A stretch of DNA of 64,000 bases from an uncultured Methanosarcinaceae archaeon (GCA_963733675.1 CAVTET010000006.1:199961-263960); one strand, 5' to 3'. Counted from the stretch's first letter, positions 36,740 to 49,140 are shown. The notes: generated from the letters alone by a model not told the origin. Translations and numbers: made by a program.

Positions 36740-37215
36740 GATTTCATTTAATATTATGTCGAAAGTTCCGATTTACCTCTAGTTCTTTCTTCAAGCAAAT
36801 CCTTCCCAAATCCTTCTCGCTAATTTATTCATTTGACCAGATTATTTGGGTCATTATCCTTTGATTTTGAAGATAGCTTCAGCTATCCTTAAAAATACTT
36901 CTTTTATTTTCAATGTCATAAAATGATAGAGATTATAACAAAAAGGTGTATACAACATCTTTAAATTCATTCTTTAAATAGTTGTAACAAGAACTTTTCC
37001 TACTTGAAATATCTGTTCAGTTGCTTCATAAACTCGTTCACGTGGAACTCTTTTTGAGCTGATCCCCCTGTTTCATAATATATCCTTTATTCCCATAGAC
37101 TTTTCTTTTACTTCTCTTTTAATTGTTGAATCATAACCTTTTGATTTTGGCCCAAAGTATCCTCTATCTCGGGAAACGACTTCATTTATTTTTGATGAAT
37201 TATACTCGATGATTA
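36740..37215 (-). pseudogene. Decayed IS5-family transposase 3' half and right end
   Basis: EVVSRDRGYFGPKSKGYDSTIKR...GIKDIL...ISSKRVPRERVY; colinear with 62500-62757 plus 63660-63930. Confidence 0.75.
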
Positions 37216-37689
37216 TATTAACTTTTATGCATAATTGTTTTAAATACATTGCAAAATTTAGTTTTCCCTTACTCATCCATTCATTTCTGATTAAAAATAT
37301 CAGCACTTGGTGAAAGCACAGTATAATGTTAGATGAATAGCGAAGTTTTGAAAAGCATCAAAAATGACGAATATTTAATAAGACTTCGTATTATATTTAC
37401 TTTGTTAAAAAGTATTTTCCCTAAAAAGTCTCTATAAGATTCTATTTAACCTTCTTTTCCCTTTTCACGTAGTACATAATTATTTTGGAATTAACGATTA
37501 ATCTGAAAAAGATGTTGTTTTCTATCATTTGGTCGATATTCTTTTCAATAATACTCTCAATACCACCTACCATACTCTTCCTGTTCTGCACTTCGGTGAA
37601 GCTAGATAGGCGTACTTCAATTAATGAAAACGTAATCTTTTGTCTCAATGAATTTAGATTTAGTTACATGTAGAACTATACAGCCAGTC

Positions 37690-37995
37690 CAATCTTAGAT
37701 AATTTTCTTCAAGATATTAGTTTGCTTCATAAATTGGAGTTGTTTCGAATGCATATCAATCTGCGGATAAATTCACAATGTAAGAATCACAAAAACGTAT
37801 CCAAGAGAAAGGTGGATTCTAACAAGATTGCTCAGAAGCAGCAAGAAAAATGAATCGGAAGTTAAAAGAGTTTTTAAACTGAAGAAGAAATCAATTAAAA
37901 ATGCAAAAACAGTTATTGGATTGGCACGAAAAAACCACTATTATTTAGGAGCTTATTAAAAATGAAGAGATTTATGAAGATGAAACAAGATCAGC
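37690..37995 (+). pseudogene. Decayed IS110-family transposase fragment
   Basis: Broken translation YQSADKF...RITKR..RWILT.IAQ.AARK; homologous to 6420-6860. Confidence 0.6.
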
Positions 37996-38320
37996 ATTTT
38001 GCATATATACATCGATATACACAAATGTACAATCTGTTTGTCTATTTGTCAACTATTCATTAAAAATTAGATAATTTTTAAGCTATTGTCATATTGAGAA
38101 AATGGATGGCACTCTTGTGTCCATCTGTGGGAAGTAGGAGATTATTAAAAGGGAGAAACTCGGAAAAGACTTCTGAGACTGAGACAGTATCTGTCGATAA
38201 ACTCATAAATAATTATGGAATAATCGAAATTATGAAAACAAAGGTTGGAAAAAGCACTTGACAAACCAGTTTCTCCATATACTATGATGATAAATTAGTT
38301 ATAGCTTTAGTTACTGTTAT

Positions 38321-39502
38321 TTAGGAAACAAGTGCCTTGAGCTCAGAAACTGCTTTTACCAAAATATCCACTTCTTCTATTGTATTGTATAGCGCGAAAG
38401 AGGCTCTTACAGTACCATCTACTTTCAGAAAGCGAGTAATTGGGATTGCACAATGGTATCCGCTTCTAACGCAGATTTTTTTGGTCTGGTCAAGAATTAG
38501 AGCAACATCATGAGCATTAAGCCCTCTCACATTAAAAGGTACTATTCCCAGACTGTTTTCGGGCCCGTAAACCTCCACATGCTCGAGTTCAGAGAGCCTT
38601 TTTGCAGCTTCTCTTGAAAGATTCATTTCATGTTTTTTGATTTTTGAAATCCCTATTTTCTCTACATACTCAACTGCCCTTCCTAACCCTATGACTCCTG
38701 GAATATTTGGAGTGCCGGCTTCAAAACATGCTGGAGAAGGTTCCAGAATGTAAGTAGACTCGGATACATCCGAAACAGTGCCCCCTCCAATTGAAGCACT
38801 TTCGAGTACGTCAGGTTCTTTAACATAAAGTACGCCAGTACCCTGTGGTCCAAGCAAGCCCTTATGCCCAGAAGTTGCAAAAAAGTCACACCCGATGTCC
38901 TTAAGGTCGACTGGCATATGTCCTGCAGATTGAGCACCATCAATCAAAACTTTTATGCTATTCCTGTGGGCAATTTTCGTCATACCTTTTACGTCCTGTA
39001 CGGAACCGAAGACATTTGAAACCTGGGTTATTGCAAGAAGTTTGGTTTTCTCTGTGAAAGCATTCTCTAGCAGATAACTGTCGATTTTGCCCTTGTTGCC
39101 AGGGTTTATAACCGTGATATTTACCCCTTTTTTCTGCAAACGCATCCAGGGAAGAAGATTTGAATGATGTTCAAGCAGGGTTGTGACTATGTGGTCTCCT
39201 ACTTCCCAGGGATAACTATTAGCAATAAGATTGATTCCTTCGGTGGTATTTTTCGTAAAAACGGTATTCAAAGGCTCTGTATTTAGAAAGCTAGCAACTA
39301 TTTCCCTAGCGTCTTCGTAGTGAGTTGTGGTCTCCCGAGCCAGACGATGTGCTCCTCTCCCGTAATTACCAGCATATCTGTAGAAGTAATCAACCATGGC
39401 TTCAACTACAGGTATCGGAGTTTGAGTAGTTGCTGTACTGTCAAGATACACGACTTCTTTCAAAACAGGAAAATCTTTACGGACTGCATATACATCGTAC
39501 AT
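38321..39502 (-). CDS. Cysteine desulfurase (class V PLP enzyme, SufS/CsdA-like)
   Basis: YLDSTATTQ, EHHSN, DGAQSAGH, SGHKGLLGPQG, EAGTPN, VRSGYHCA, RASF..YNT. Confidence 0.92.
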   Translation of the reverse strand: MYDVYAVRKDFPVLKEVVYLDSTATTQTPIPVVEAMVDYFYRYAGNYGRGAHRLARETTTHYEDAREIVASFLNTEPLNTVFTKNTTEGINLIANSYPWEVGDHIVTTLLEHHSNLLPWMRLQKKGVNITVINPGNKGKIDSYLLENAFTEKTKLLAITQVSNVFGSVQDVKGMTKIAHRNSIKVLIDGAQSAGHMPVDLKDIGCDFFATSGHKGLLGPQGTGVLYVKEPDVLESASIGGGTVSDVSESTYILEPSPACFEAGTPNIPGVIGLGRAVEYVEKIGISKIKKHEMNLSREAAKRLSELEHVEVYGPENSLGIVPFNVRGLNAHDVALILDQTKKICVRSGYHCAIPITRFLKVDGTVRASFALYNTIEEVDILVKAVSELKALVS

Positions 39503-39544
39503 GTTTATTTTCTAGGAACGAGAGATTAAAAAAGGTTGTGCAGG

Positions 39545-39703
39545 TTATTTACCCTGCATACCGCCTATCATAAAGCGGTAAATATCTAATTCATCTGAGT
39601 TCAGGCTGTCAGTACAACCCTTTATAACGGTGTGATAACCGTCTTCGTATTTTTTATTTCCGTATTTTTTTCTTTTTCTGCACTCTTGATTTAATTCACT
39701 CAT
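39545..39703 (-). CDS. Small 52-aa ORF upstream of the cysteine desulfurase (not in the ORF track)
   Basis: MSELNQECRKRKKYGNKKYEDGYHTVIKGCTDSLNSDELDIYRFMIGGMQGK*; AGGAGG 6 nt before the ATG; stop 42 nt upstream of the desulfurase ATG. Confidence 0.6.
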   Translation of the reverse strand: MSELNQECRKRKKYGNKKYEDGYHTVIKGCTDSLNSDELDIYRFMIGGMQGK

Positions 39704-40433
39704 AATTTTCCTCCTGTCTCTTCAATGCTTGCGCTTACATGCGGGTTAGAACCATTCCCTCAGGATATTAATTCTGCATTTCGGTTCGAAATTTCAATCC
39801 ATCTGAATAGGATTCTATAAGCAGGTTAGAATTTTGCTTCCTTCAGGCTACTAATCCCTTAACTGCGCAACAATAATTATCCTTACCCACAACAAAATAT
39901 TAATTGTCAATTGTAATATATATTAGTTGCGGGAAATGTAGTGTTACCGAATTTAGTAAGTTTCTGAAGAATTTCTACAAATCAGGAGAATATCACAAAA
40001 ATTGAGGTAATAAAACGTTGGGTATGACAATAAAAACAGATACATTCCTAGTATAGACACAAAAGTTTACTGTCTACATCTTCTGAATTAGGTAGCTTCA
40101 TTGATAGAATAGCTTTACCTATGAAGCAAATTATGGCCCGCAAGAAATTATTAAGGTTTTATTTTATGCTTCAACATCTTCTAACAATTATCTTGAACCA
40201 GCAATCAACTATCAAAAGCCAAAAATAAGAATTCCTTTATAGTAGATATTTTCAATTATATAATATCCAGTTTTGTTGAAAACATTTTTTTCCTCATTTA
40301 TAAACACAAACGGTGAAATTTTTGAAATGATGATCTTAAAATTAAGGTTGAAGACATTAATGTTGATTTTCATTAAATTTCATATTAAAAAATAGACTCA
40401 TTAGGCTTTCAAATTATTTCTGTAGGATCTCAC

Positions 40434-41660
40434 TTAGGCTGAAGAATGAATTAAAAGCGGGAGATAGTCCAAGTCACTTCCATTAACTCTGTAAGGCTGA
40501 TCCATAATTCCGTTTGAATCCGAATCAATAGCAATTTGGGAAAATCCTGTACCATTCGGATTTCCCCAGAAGTTTCCACCAAGATATGGACCCTTTACAA
40601 TGTTCATTATTTTCGTCTTTGTAGTATTCCAAAAATTACCTTTACTATTATCTGCTCTCACATTTAAAATGTTGTTAAAATAATTATTGTAGATGTGATT
40701 ATCAGTTATTTCGTCCCGCAAATCGATACCTGATTCTTTACTGAAGATTACCATATTGTTCGATAGCTCATTTTCGTGGCAGTTATCTCTCAAAAAGATG
40801 CCTATACTACTGTTGGAAATTGTATTGTTATATACTTTGGATTTAAAGACAAAAGTAAGATCGATCCCATAATTACAGTCCACTATTTTGTTATCACAAA
40901 GCACAGTTTTCGCCTGAACGTCATAGATTTCGATTCCAGTACTGCAATTTATGATATTATTAGTTGAAACAAGATTGTTTCCACCACAACAGCCAATAGT
41001 TATTCCTCCACCATTTGAGAGTCTATTCCGGAATACTGTATTGTTCCAGCATTGTGCACCCAAAGTAACATCTCCCCTCTCAATAATATTATCTAGTAAC
41101 CTGTTCTGGCTGCATCCTTCATCAAGCCATATGCTGTTATTGGAAAATTTATTATGTAATATTGTATTGTTCATTGATTCCTGAAGGTAAACCCCATATC
41201 TATTTTCATAAAAGTTATTTCCCACAATTATACAGTTGTTAGCGTGTTCGAGGAAAATTCTTGCTTGAGGACCGTAAACTCCATCCCATATTCCAAGAGT
41301 ATTGCCAGCTTCCTCTGATCCAGTTATGTTTAAACCTTTAATTGTTACATTATCTGCGCTAATTTGAAATACGCTGGAATTTTCATTAAGAGACCTTACA
41401 ACCACACCCCCATATCCATCTGTTTCTGGTGTAATCGTTATCCTGGATACGTTGACAATCACATTTTCCTTATAACTCCCAGTTTTCAATAAAATAACAT
41501 CTCCTGGTGTTGAATTATTCACAGCAGCCTGAATCGAATTTCCAGGTTTCACATAGATGATTTTTCCACTTCCAACACCCGCAGAAAGCAAAAACAAAAT
41601 AACAACCAATAAGATACTCGTTAGCTTGATAAAACAATTATCTATAAGCACAATTTTCAA
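40434..41660 (-). CDS. Secreted NosD/right-handed beta-helix surface protein
   Basis: Signal peptide, SIQAAVN..GD.I....G.YKENV, Asn-rich PbH repeats, GPYLGGNFW..PNGTGFS, DYLPL. Confidence 0.88.
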   Translation of the reverse strand: MKIVLIDNCFIKLTSILLVVILFLLSAGVGSGKIIYVKPGNSIQAAVNNSTPGDVILLKTGSYKENVIVNVSRITITPETDGYGGVVVRSLNENSSVFQISADNVTIKGLNITGSEEAGNTLGIWDGVYGPQARIFLEHANNCIIVGNNFYENRYGVYLQESMNNTILHNKFSNNSIWLDEGCSQNRLLDNIIERGDVTLGAQCWNNTVFRNRLSNGGGITIGCCGGNNLVSTNNIINCSTGIEIYDVQAKTVLCDNKIVDCNYGIDLTFVFKSKVYNNTISNSSIGIFLRDNCHENELSNNMVIFSKESGIDLRDEITDNHIYNNYFNNILNVRADNSKGNFWNTTKTKIMNIVKGPYLGGNFWGNPNGTGFSQIAIDSDSNGIMDQPYRVNGSDLDYLPLLIHSSA

Positions 41661-42607
41661 AAGTAAATCCCTCTAGATATTTTGCATAGCCTTTCAGACT
41701 TAGGATGTAATAAATTTTGAACCGACGGCATTGTGCGTAACAACTCTAATTAGTACATATATTGTCACCCATTATTATATATATCAACTGCTAATTTGTT
41801 TTCCATGATCTAAAAATCTGCAAATTGTGAGATTTTATGGGAAAGCAAAATACAAGCATTCAGGAATCAAAAAGATTTAGTAAAGAAACTATTACTCACA
41901 AGTTCAGATAGCTTTTTGCTTCCTAAGAGAGAAAAATAGTTTCTTATTGAGTTATAAATTTGTTTTATGGAGAGGGGAGCCAGTAATTTTTTGGTTACAA
42001 TCTTGACTCATTGATTAAAGTTAGGTTTCAATAAATTAAATTTGACTATTTTAAAACAAACTTTGCTTTAAATAACTTTATTAAATTATTTATACATACT
42101 TTCGTTATAGATTTATTGAGGCTATATAATGAATAAAATGTGCATATAACTTAACAATTTTATTTAACATATATGCTTCAAATTAATTATATATCTCAAA
42201 ATACTAGTATCTGCACTTTGAATGGAGTTAGGTATATAATCCCTTTTAATACATATTTTATTCCAGTCGAATACCCCTCAGCTTGCTGTGTGGATGAAAA
42301 CGTCTCAGTTGACTATTAGTGACTAACTACTATAACCTTCCTGCCAAAGTTAATGATGAAATCAATAATCAAAAAATGCAAGTTAAAACGTACTTTCATT
42401 TATTTATGCATGTTATTCAAAGAATTTCATGTTCGTTTTGGGACTGAATCTGACTTCGGTAATGTCACCAAAATTGCTGATATAGGCGCTGACCTGATGA
42501 AAATAATCATTTGGAACTACAGTAAATCCAAATCACACAATAATTAAAAAAATTAGATATATTAACTAGTGGATTTAAATATTATTAAGTAGGATATAAA
42601 ATACCTA

Positions 42608-42970
42608 GTGGTGATATCAATGAAATATATAATTGCGATGATAAGACCTGAAAAACTTGATGCTGTTAAAAATGAACTTCAGAAAGTAGAAGTAAATGGA
42701 TTGACAGTGTCATCTGTTTCTGGGTATGGTGCCCAAAAGGGACATCTTGAAATTGAGAGGTCTAAAGCTAGAAAATACGAAGCAAATCTACTTGAGAAAG
42801 TTAGAATTGAAATTGCAGTGAAAGATGATTTTCTGCAAGCTACAGTGGCAGCAATAAAAAATGGATCAAGGGATAAAGACGGTTATGTTGGGAGTGGGAA
42901 GATATTCGTGCTACCACTAGAGAATGTTATAAGAATTCGCACGAACGAAACTGGAAATGATGCTCTTTAA
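42608..42970 (+). CDS. glnK: P-II nitrogen regulatory protein (GlnK-like), no adjacent amtB
   Basis: IAMIRPEKL, GYGAQKG, KVRIEIAV, GSGKIFV.P...VIRIRTNETG. Confidence 0.88.
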   Translation: MVISMKYIIAMIRPEKLDAVKNELQKVEVNGLTVSSVSGYGAQKGHLEIERSKARKYEANLLEKVRIEIAVKDDFLQATVAAIKNGSRDKDGYVGSGKIFVLPLENVIRIRTNETGNDAL

Positions 42971-43643
42971 AGACATACATTTCTATTAGTAGAAGCAGAT
43001 TTTGCGGAGGCCTTAATCCCATCCGCACTTATTATTAATGCTCTTTAGGCTAGTAGTATGTTGTTATTTACTTATCCAGCGTAAAAATATATTTAGGAGA
43101 TGATGCAATCATTGTTGCAATGTGAGTCATAGCTCTGAACTGGGTAATTATAGTGTACTCAATTGATTTTGAATCTAAAAAAGGTTTGTAGACTGCTCCG
43201 ATAAATTATTCTTGCAAGATATTGCTCATTACTCTATCAAAAAAACATGTGTATACGTATTATTTATTCACAGCTATAATCTTTATTGTTTACAATTTTC
43301 AATAAATGATCTATCATTGCAATAGGAAGGATTAAGTCTATTCTTTCAGCATTGAATAAATTCAAAAAATTGAAATTAACATCAAAGTAATAGATCAGTA
43401 ATATAAAAGAATTTCAATGAACCCCGAATTATTGTCTTATGCTTATTAATTGTATAAAAATTATTCGTAAAAATCAGAGGTTTATCGAAATCCTCATAAA
43501 TTGATATGTCTTCATGATAGAGGATTAACATAGTATCAAGATTCATAATACACCTGATAATTTAGTGCATAACATGGATAAAAAAATTTATTATGTACAA
43601 AATGAATCTAACGTAGCCCCTGTTTTGAGAAGGAGTCATTTCC

Positions 43644-44615
43644 GTGGAAAAAGTAATTAATTCCCTTAAAAAAAAAAGAAAACTGAACTCTTTGATCACT
43701 TCAGTTTTGATTTGGGGTTTACTATCAATTTCACCTACAGATGAACCCATTAACAACATGGAGTGTTCCTTTATTCCAGAGATTGGAAATGTTCTAGAGC
43801 AAATATCTGCTGAAACCTTGGAGAAAACAGATGAGGAAAAATCAAAAGCCAAAAAACTAAGAGTCTTTACTGCAATTCCAGTCCTGTTCATAGCCCTTGC
43901 AGAATTTATGATCTTTTCTGGGAGAATAGAGACAGCTATCTGGATACATATTGGGATCCTGATTTCCCTAACACTTTCTAATATATTCATCAAAGATTCC
44001 GAAATCCATAAAATACATCAGTCACTTATACTTCTCCCAATTTTGAGACTAATAAACCTTTCAATGCCAGATTATTCTGATAAAACGCTTTATTCCTTTA
44101 TTCTCATTTACAGCATCCTGATAATTCCTGTAAGTATTGCACTAACCAATCAGGAACTTACTCGCACACAACTCGGAATGACCTTCAAAAGAATAGGGCT
44201 CTATATCCCACTTTCAATATTATTAGGCTTCCTTCTTGGAGGAGGGGAATATCTAATAATTAGGACAAACTCTCTAGTTTCAGACCTCTCAACCTTTAAC
44301 CTCCTGATGCTCAGCATAGTTATGATCTTTTTCGTAGGCCTCGTGGAAGAGATAATTTTCAGATCAATCATTCAGAATCGGCTGCAGATGGCACTCGATA
44401 ATCGGTCAGGGCTTATAATTACAAGTATTTTATTTGGACTTATGCATACAGGGTATGGGAGCATTGCTGAATTTCTGTACGTATCCTTTGTAGGCATATT
44501 TGTAGGTTACTTATTTTACAAAACAAATAGCCTTCCCCTGGTTACGATGATTCATGGCTTCATAAATGTCTTTGTTTTTGGGATAATTCCCATTATCCTA
44601 TTAAAATACCTATGA
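43644..44615 (+). CDS. CPBP/Abi (CAAX-type) intramembrane glutamic protease
   Basis: VEEIIFRS, LFGLMH, IHGFIN motifs; multiple TM helices; true start may be downstream. Confidence 0.85.
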   Translation: MEKVINSLKKKRKLNSLITSVLIWGLLSISPTDEPINNMECSFIPEIGNVLEQISAETLEKTDEEKSKAKKLRVFTAIPVLFIALAEFMIFSGRIETAIWIHIGILISLTLSNIFIKDSEIHKIHQSLILLPILRLINLSMPDYSDKTLYSFILIYSILIIPVSIALTNQELTRTQLGMTFKRIGLYIPLSILLGFLLGGGEYLIIRTNSLVSDLSTFNLLMLSIVMIFFVGLVEEIIFRSIIQNRLQMALDNRSGLIITSILFGLMHTGYGSIAEFLYVSFVGIFVGYLFYKTNSLPLVTMIHGFINVFVFGIIPIILLKYL

Positions 44616-46539
44616 CTGTAAATAAATTTAGATAGCACAAAAACAAATGAAGCCAAAAAAGAGAAAACTAGATACTGCAAGTGATATAAGTCATCATCTA
44701 TAAACCGTAATGACCGTTCTTGGATATCATTTAACCCCAAAAACCCGAAAAAAGATTCACACATCTCCCTTTACCTTTTTTCCTTTTATTTGTACTTGAT
44801 GTAGATAACAATGTCCAACAAAATCTTTAGGATTCCAATTTACCTCTTACATTTTCTTCGCAGAAATTCTGTCCAAATTTGTCTCACTAAGTTCTGCATT
44901 TGACCTTATTCCCCCTAACTTTCTTAATTCTACTTTGATCTCTGTATCTCTGACAATGCCTTAAAATAATCCTTAGTAACTGGAGAAGAATGGTAAACTG
45001 ATTTAGCAAAAACCTTTATGCAAGTAAGATTAAAACAAAAAAATGAACAAAATCTACCCGCATGAAAGCAGTAGATTGAGATAATAACCGGGAATTCAAA
45101 TCATATTTGTTTTTTGTTCAGATTTAGTGCTTCACCAATTGCAGTACTTCACTAACTTGTAATTGATGATTTCTAAACACATCTATTTATTTTACCCCAC
45201 AAAAAGAAGAGGGACAAATAAATGCATCTCCTCACAATAAATACAATTATATGTAAATATATATAAGTATAGTTTACATTTACCCCCCAAGTTCACGCTT
45301 TTTCAGTTTGTGACTTTAATTTAAAACCTAAATTTGACAGTTGCTGAAAAAGAAGTGACTTTTGTATCATTCTGTCAAATGAATACAAAAACATAAGCAT
45401 TTCCTAAAAGAATATACTCTTTCCTATAGGATCGATTAGTGCCGTTCAATCTTTTCATGAAGGACTTAATTTTTATGAAGTTCTTAGCAAGCATAAAAAG
45501 GATTTGGATCTCAATAATTTGTTAATAGGCTGGATGAACTATAAATCCAAGGATTATTTAGTATTAAGGGAACTGGTAATTAGTTAAATTAGACCGAAAT
45601 TATTGACATATTAGCATGACAGATTCCATGGAAGAGATCTTTACATAACTCTTGAAATCTTGGGCGTAACAAAGGAAAAAAAACTATTTGATATTATAGC
45701 AGTCTGTTTATTACGGTTATTTTGAAAAAATTATAAAAATTTAAACTGTACAAGTGTAGTTATTTTGACACTTGAATCTAAAATTGATAAGTATAGTCAT
45801 AATAGAGGAAATTATATTAAGGCTCGGATTTCAACAATCGCTAACATATACTTTATACGCAAAGAATCAGATATTGGGATTTATCGAAATCCTCTAAGTT
45901 TCAAATGTAACAAAAGATTGCGCTCTAGTTCATCGAAAAATACCTTCTCCGACCTCACTTAAACGAGAAACAAAAAGGCTGAGAAAAAAACAAAAGTATT
46001 TTGGGAATTACATCAATCAAATAATTGGAGCTACAATTAAATTAGATTAAATATATTTAAAAAATAATATTAACTTAAGGAAATCTTGTTTGCTCTGTTT
46101 TTGAATTTGGACCCTTGATTATAAATCCAAAAAAAATTCTAAAAAATGTGATCGTTGAATAAAAAATTCATAAATTTTTGATAACTATAGTTTGCTTCAT
46201 CAAGCAAAGTTATTGTATCAACGTTATGACATAATTCAGCAAACATCTACAGTAAACTGGCAGTGCCAATCCCATAAGTAGAGTCATTTTTTTTAACATA
46301 ATCAACGACTTCATGATCTCAAATAATTTATTTGATATTTCTCTATATTTGTAGAAATGGTTTAAGAATTGATGAAATTCGGAAATACTGGTAAAATAAA
46401 TGTATAGACTATAAATTTTAGATCACAGAAAAAACTTGCTGACAAACATCCAATTAAATCCCTTTAACTATTATCTGGTAGAAAGTGATCTATTCCATTT
46501 TTGAGATGACAGAGAAATATAGTGAAAAAAGGTGAATCA

Positions 46540-47736
46540 ATGAAATATATTGTACTCATAGGAGACGGAATGGCTGATTATCCTATAAAGGAACTGGATG
46601 ACAAGACCATTCTCCAAGCAGCTCGAATACCTGCTATGGATTATATCGCAGCACGTGGGAAAACCGGGTTTGCAAAAACTATACCGGATGGTTTTTCTCC
46701 AGGGAGCGATATCGCAAATATGTCTATTCTCGGATACGATCCGGTAATCTATTACTCTGGGAGAGCTCCTTTGGAAGCTGCCAGTATGGATATACCACTT
46801 GCAGCGGAGGATGTGGCTTTCAGATGCAATCTCATAACCGTTGAGTTTGGGAGAATAAAGGATTATAGTGCAGGGCATATAAATAGTGATGAAGCAAAAA
46901 TCCTCATCAAGGCACTTGATACAGAACTAAGCACCGAAGAACTACACTTTTATCCAGGAATCAGCTATAGGCATCTCTTGGTTACCAGAAGTAACATGGG
47001 AGCTGAAACAAAATGCATCCCTCCTCATGATATAATAGGCCAGAATATGAAGAAGTATCTGCCGAGTGGAATAGATGGTAAGTTTTTTTCCGAATTAATT
47101 GAAGCATCTATGATCGTTCTTGAAATGCATCCAGTTAACCTTAAAAGGATTGCGGATGGAAAAAATCCCGCAAATTCAATCTGGGTCTGGGGTCAGGGCC
47201 CTGCCCCAAAGTTTACCCCATTTCTAAAGCTTTATGGGAAAACCGGAGCAATTGTCTCGGCAGTCGATCTTCTTAAAGGCATCGGAATTTGTGCAGGCAT
47301 GGAAGTAATTGAAGTTCCGGGAGCAACCGGCTACCTGGATACAAATTATGACGGAAAGGCCCGTGCTGCCCTTGAAACTCTAAAAACCAAAGATTTTGTT
47401 TTCGTTCACGTCGAAGCTCCGGACGAAGCTGGCCACGAAGGGAGTATTGAAAAAAAGTTACAGGCTGTTGAAGATTTTGATAAGCGAATAGTAGCCCCCA
47501 TTCTTAAACATGCCGTTGATTCAGGTGACTCCTTCACAATTCTCGTAATGCCTGACCATCCGACCCCAATTTCCCTAAAGACCCATACAAAAGATCCTAT
47601 TCCCTTTGCCGTCTACAGGACCGATGAAAATGATCCTGATGAAACAGAAGCTTTTAATGAGATGTCAGTTAAAAAGGGTTCTCTGGGCCTGATAAGGGCC
47701 TCTGATCTTATAGGGATGATTGTAAAAGCTTCATGA
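46540..47736 (+). CDS. apgM: Cofactor-independent phosphoglycerate mutase (archaeal type)
   Basis: LIGDGMAD, PGSDIANMS, GRAPLEA, HVEAPDEAGH, PDHPTP; GGTGA RBS before ATG 46540. Confidence 0.92.
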   Translation: MKYIVLIGDGMADYPIKELDDKTILQAARIPAMDYIAARGKTGFAKTIPDGFSPGSDIANMSILGYDPVIYYSGRAPLEAASMDIPLAAEDVAFRCNLITVEFGRIKDYSAGHINSDEAKILIKALDTELSTEELHFYPGISYRHLLVTRSNMGAETKCIPPHDIIGQNMKKYLPSGIDGKFFSELIEASMIVLEMHPVNLKRIADGKNPANSIWVWGQGPAPKFTPFLKLYGKTGAIVSAVDLLKGIGICAGMEVIEVPGATGYLDTNYDGKARAALETLKTKDFVFVHVEAPDEAGHEGSIEKKLQAVEDFDKRIVAPILKHAVDSGDSFTILVMPDHPTPISLKTHTKDPIPFAVYRTDENDPDETEAFNEMSVKKGSLGLIRASDLIGMIVKAS

Positions 47737-47758
47737 AATTGTCTATCTTGTATGCATT

Positions 47759-47790
47759 AGGCTCTCCGAGCCTGCCAGCTTACTTTTATT
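47759..47790 (+). terminator. Hairpin plus T-rich tract after apgM
   Basis: AGGCTC-TCC-GAGCCT followed by tacttttatt. Confidence 0.4.
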
Positions 47791-48284
47791 CTCCAAAAAC
47801 TTATTTCCAAAGGTTTTTGTGGATTTTTTTGCTCATACTCTTTTTGATGCTACATTTTAATTAAATTGTTCAATAGTCTCGATTTACTGTATTTTCGAAT
47901 GACTATTCTCATTAATTTACAATTTTTTTTCTTAATAGTTCACAAAAAAAATTATACATATATCTTAATTCCATTTTTTGGTAATCGACTCTAAAAATTT
48001 AATATTGTAGATTCCTGAAGTAGAAATTACGTATACTTTCAACTAAACGATGATGTGATTGTGTTATTTTATATATTTTAGTCTATATATTAATCAAGCA
48101 CAAAGCCCTAAATTTTTGTATCGGTTAAATTTAATCAAGTAATTCAGAATAATTTTTTGTAATTTAATACAATGCCTCTATTCCACATACTACTAGCATC
48201 TCAATAACTAAATAATTCATCATCTAAATGAGCTATCTATATCTTTATTCCGAGGAGAAGCTATCCAAGTAATGTGAGAATTTT

Positions 48285-49140
48285 AATAAACACCTCTGCA
48301 TTTGAGTATTCGTTAGTTTAAGTTTTTTTACAATAATTTTTACTCATGAAACTTTTATTGATTTTTATCTTTATGAAAAATGCAAACATCTTCAATTAGT
48401 TGGAGATAAACTTGCTAAAATTGATTCCTTAACTTATTAGAAGAAATCTTTTCATACCCCGTTTAAGTTCATGTATTTTTAGCGAAACAGATTTCTTATG
48501 CATACCTGAAGCTGAACAAATAATTATGTTAAATGTGCTAGTTTTATAGCTGTAGATTGATCTTTCAGGCTTTGAACTTGAGAAACAAAGTATTGATCGA
48601 ATTTATCTAGGGAAATTTATTGGTTCCCCTTATTAAATACCGGCAGTACAACATCTTATCATTCAGAAAAAGAATTGATAACTGCAAAGAAGAAAAAATT
48701 TTGGACAGGTTTATACCAACTTATTTGCCTTGTTTTTAAAATAAAAAAGGAGATTATTCAGGACGCAATCTTTATTCCTTCAGATACTGGACATGCAAAA
48801 GCGGATAGACCTCCAGAAAATGAAGCGAAAACAAGGAAAAATCAGAGACTGAAACTAAACAAGAAGTGTGGTAATTTACACTTTGGATATAAACTTCATA
48901 GAATTGATAGATATGGATTATGAGCTGATCATGAGTTTCAAAAAAATAACTACATAACTTCAGGATTCTCATATAGATTTCTCAGAATAAATCCGATCAA
49001 ATACAAAAATTCGCCGGAAAGATTTGAACGGATTCCCGCGAAGAAAAAAATTAGACGTAAATCAGAATTCTCTATAACTTTAGAATTTACGCAGGTGAAC
49101 TGAGAAATCAATGGCATTAAGCCTCAGATTATCTAAATAA
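48285..49140 (+). pseudogene. Internally deleted, decayed IS5-family element
   Basis: Left end as at 5030 and 23660; KIKKEIIQDAIFIPSDTGHAKAD...HFGYKLH; 3' end as at 63780-63930. Confidence 0.8.
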
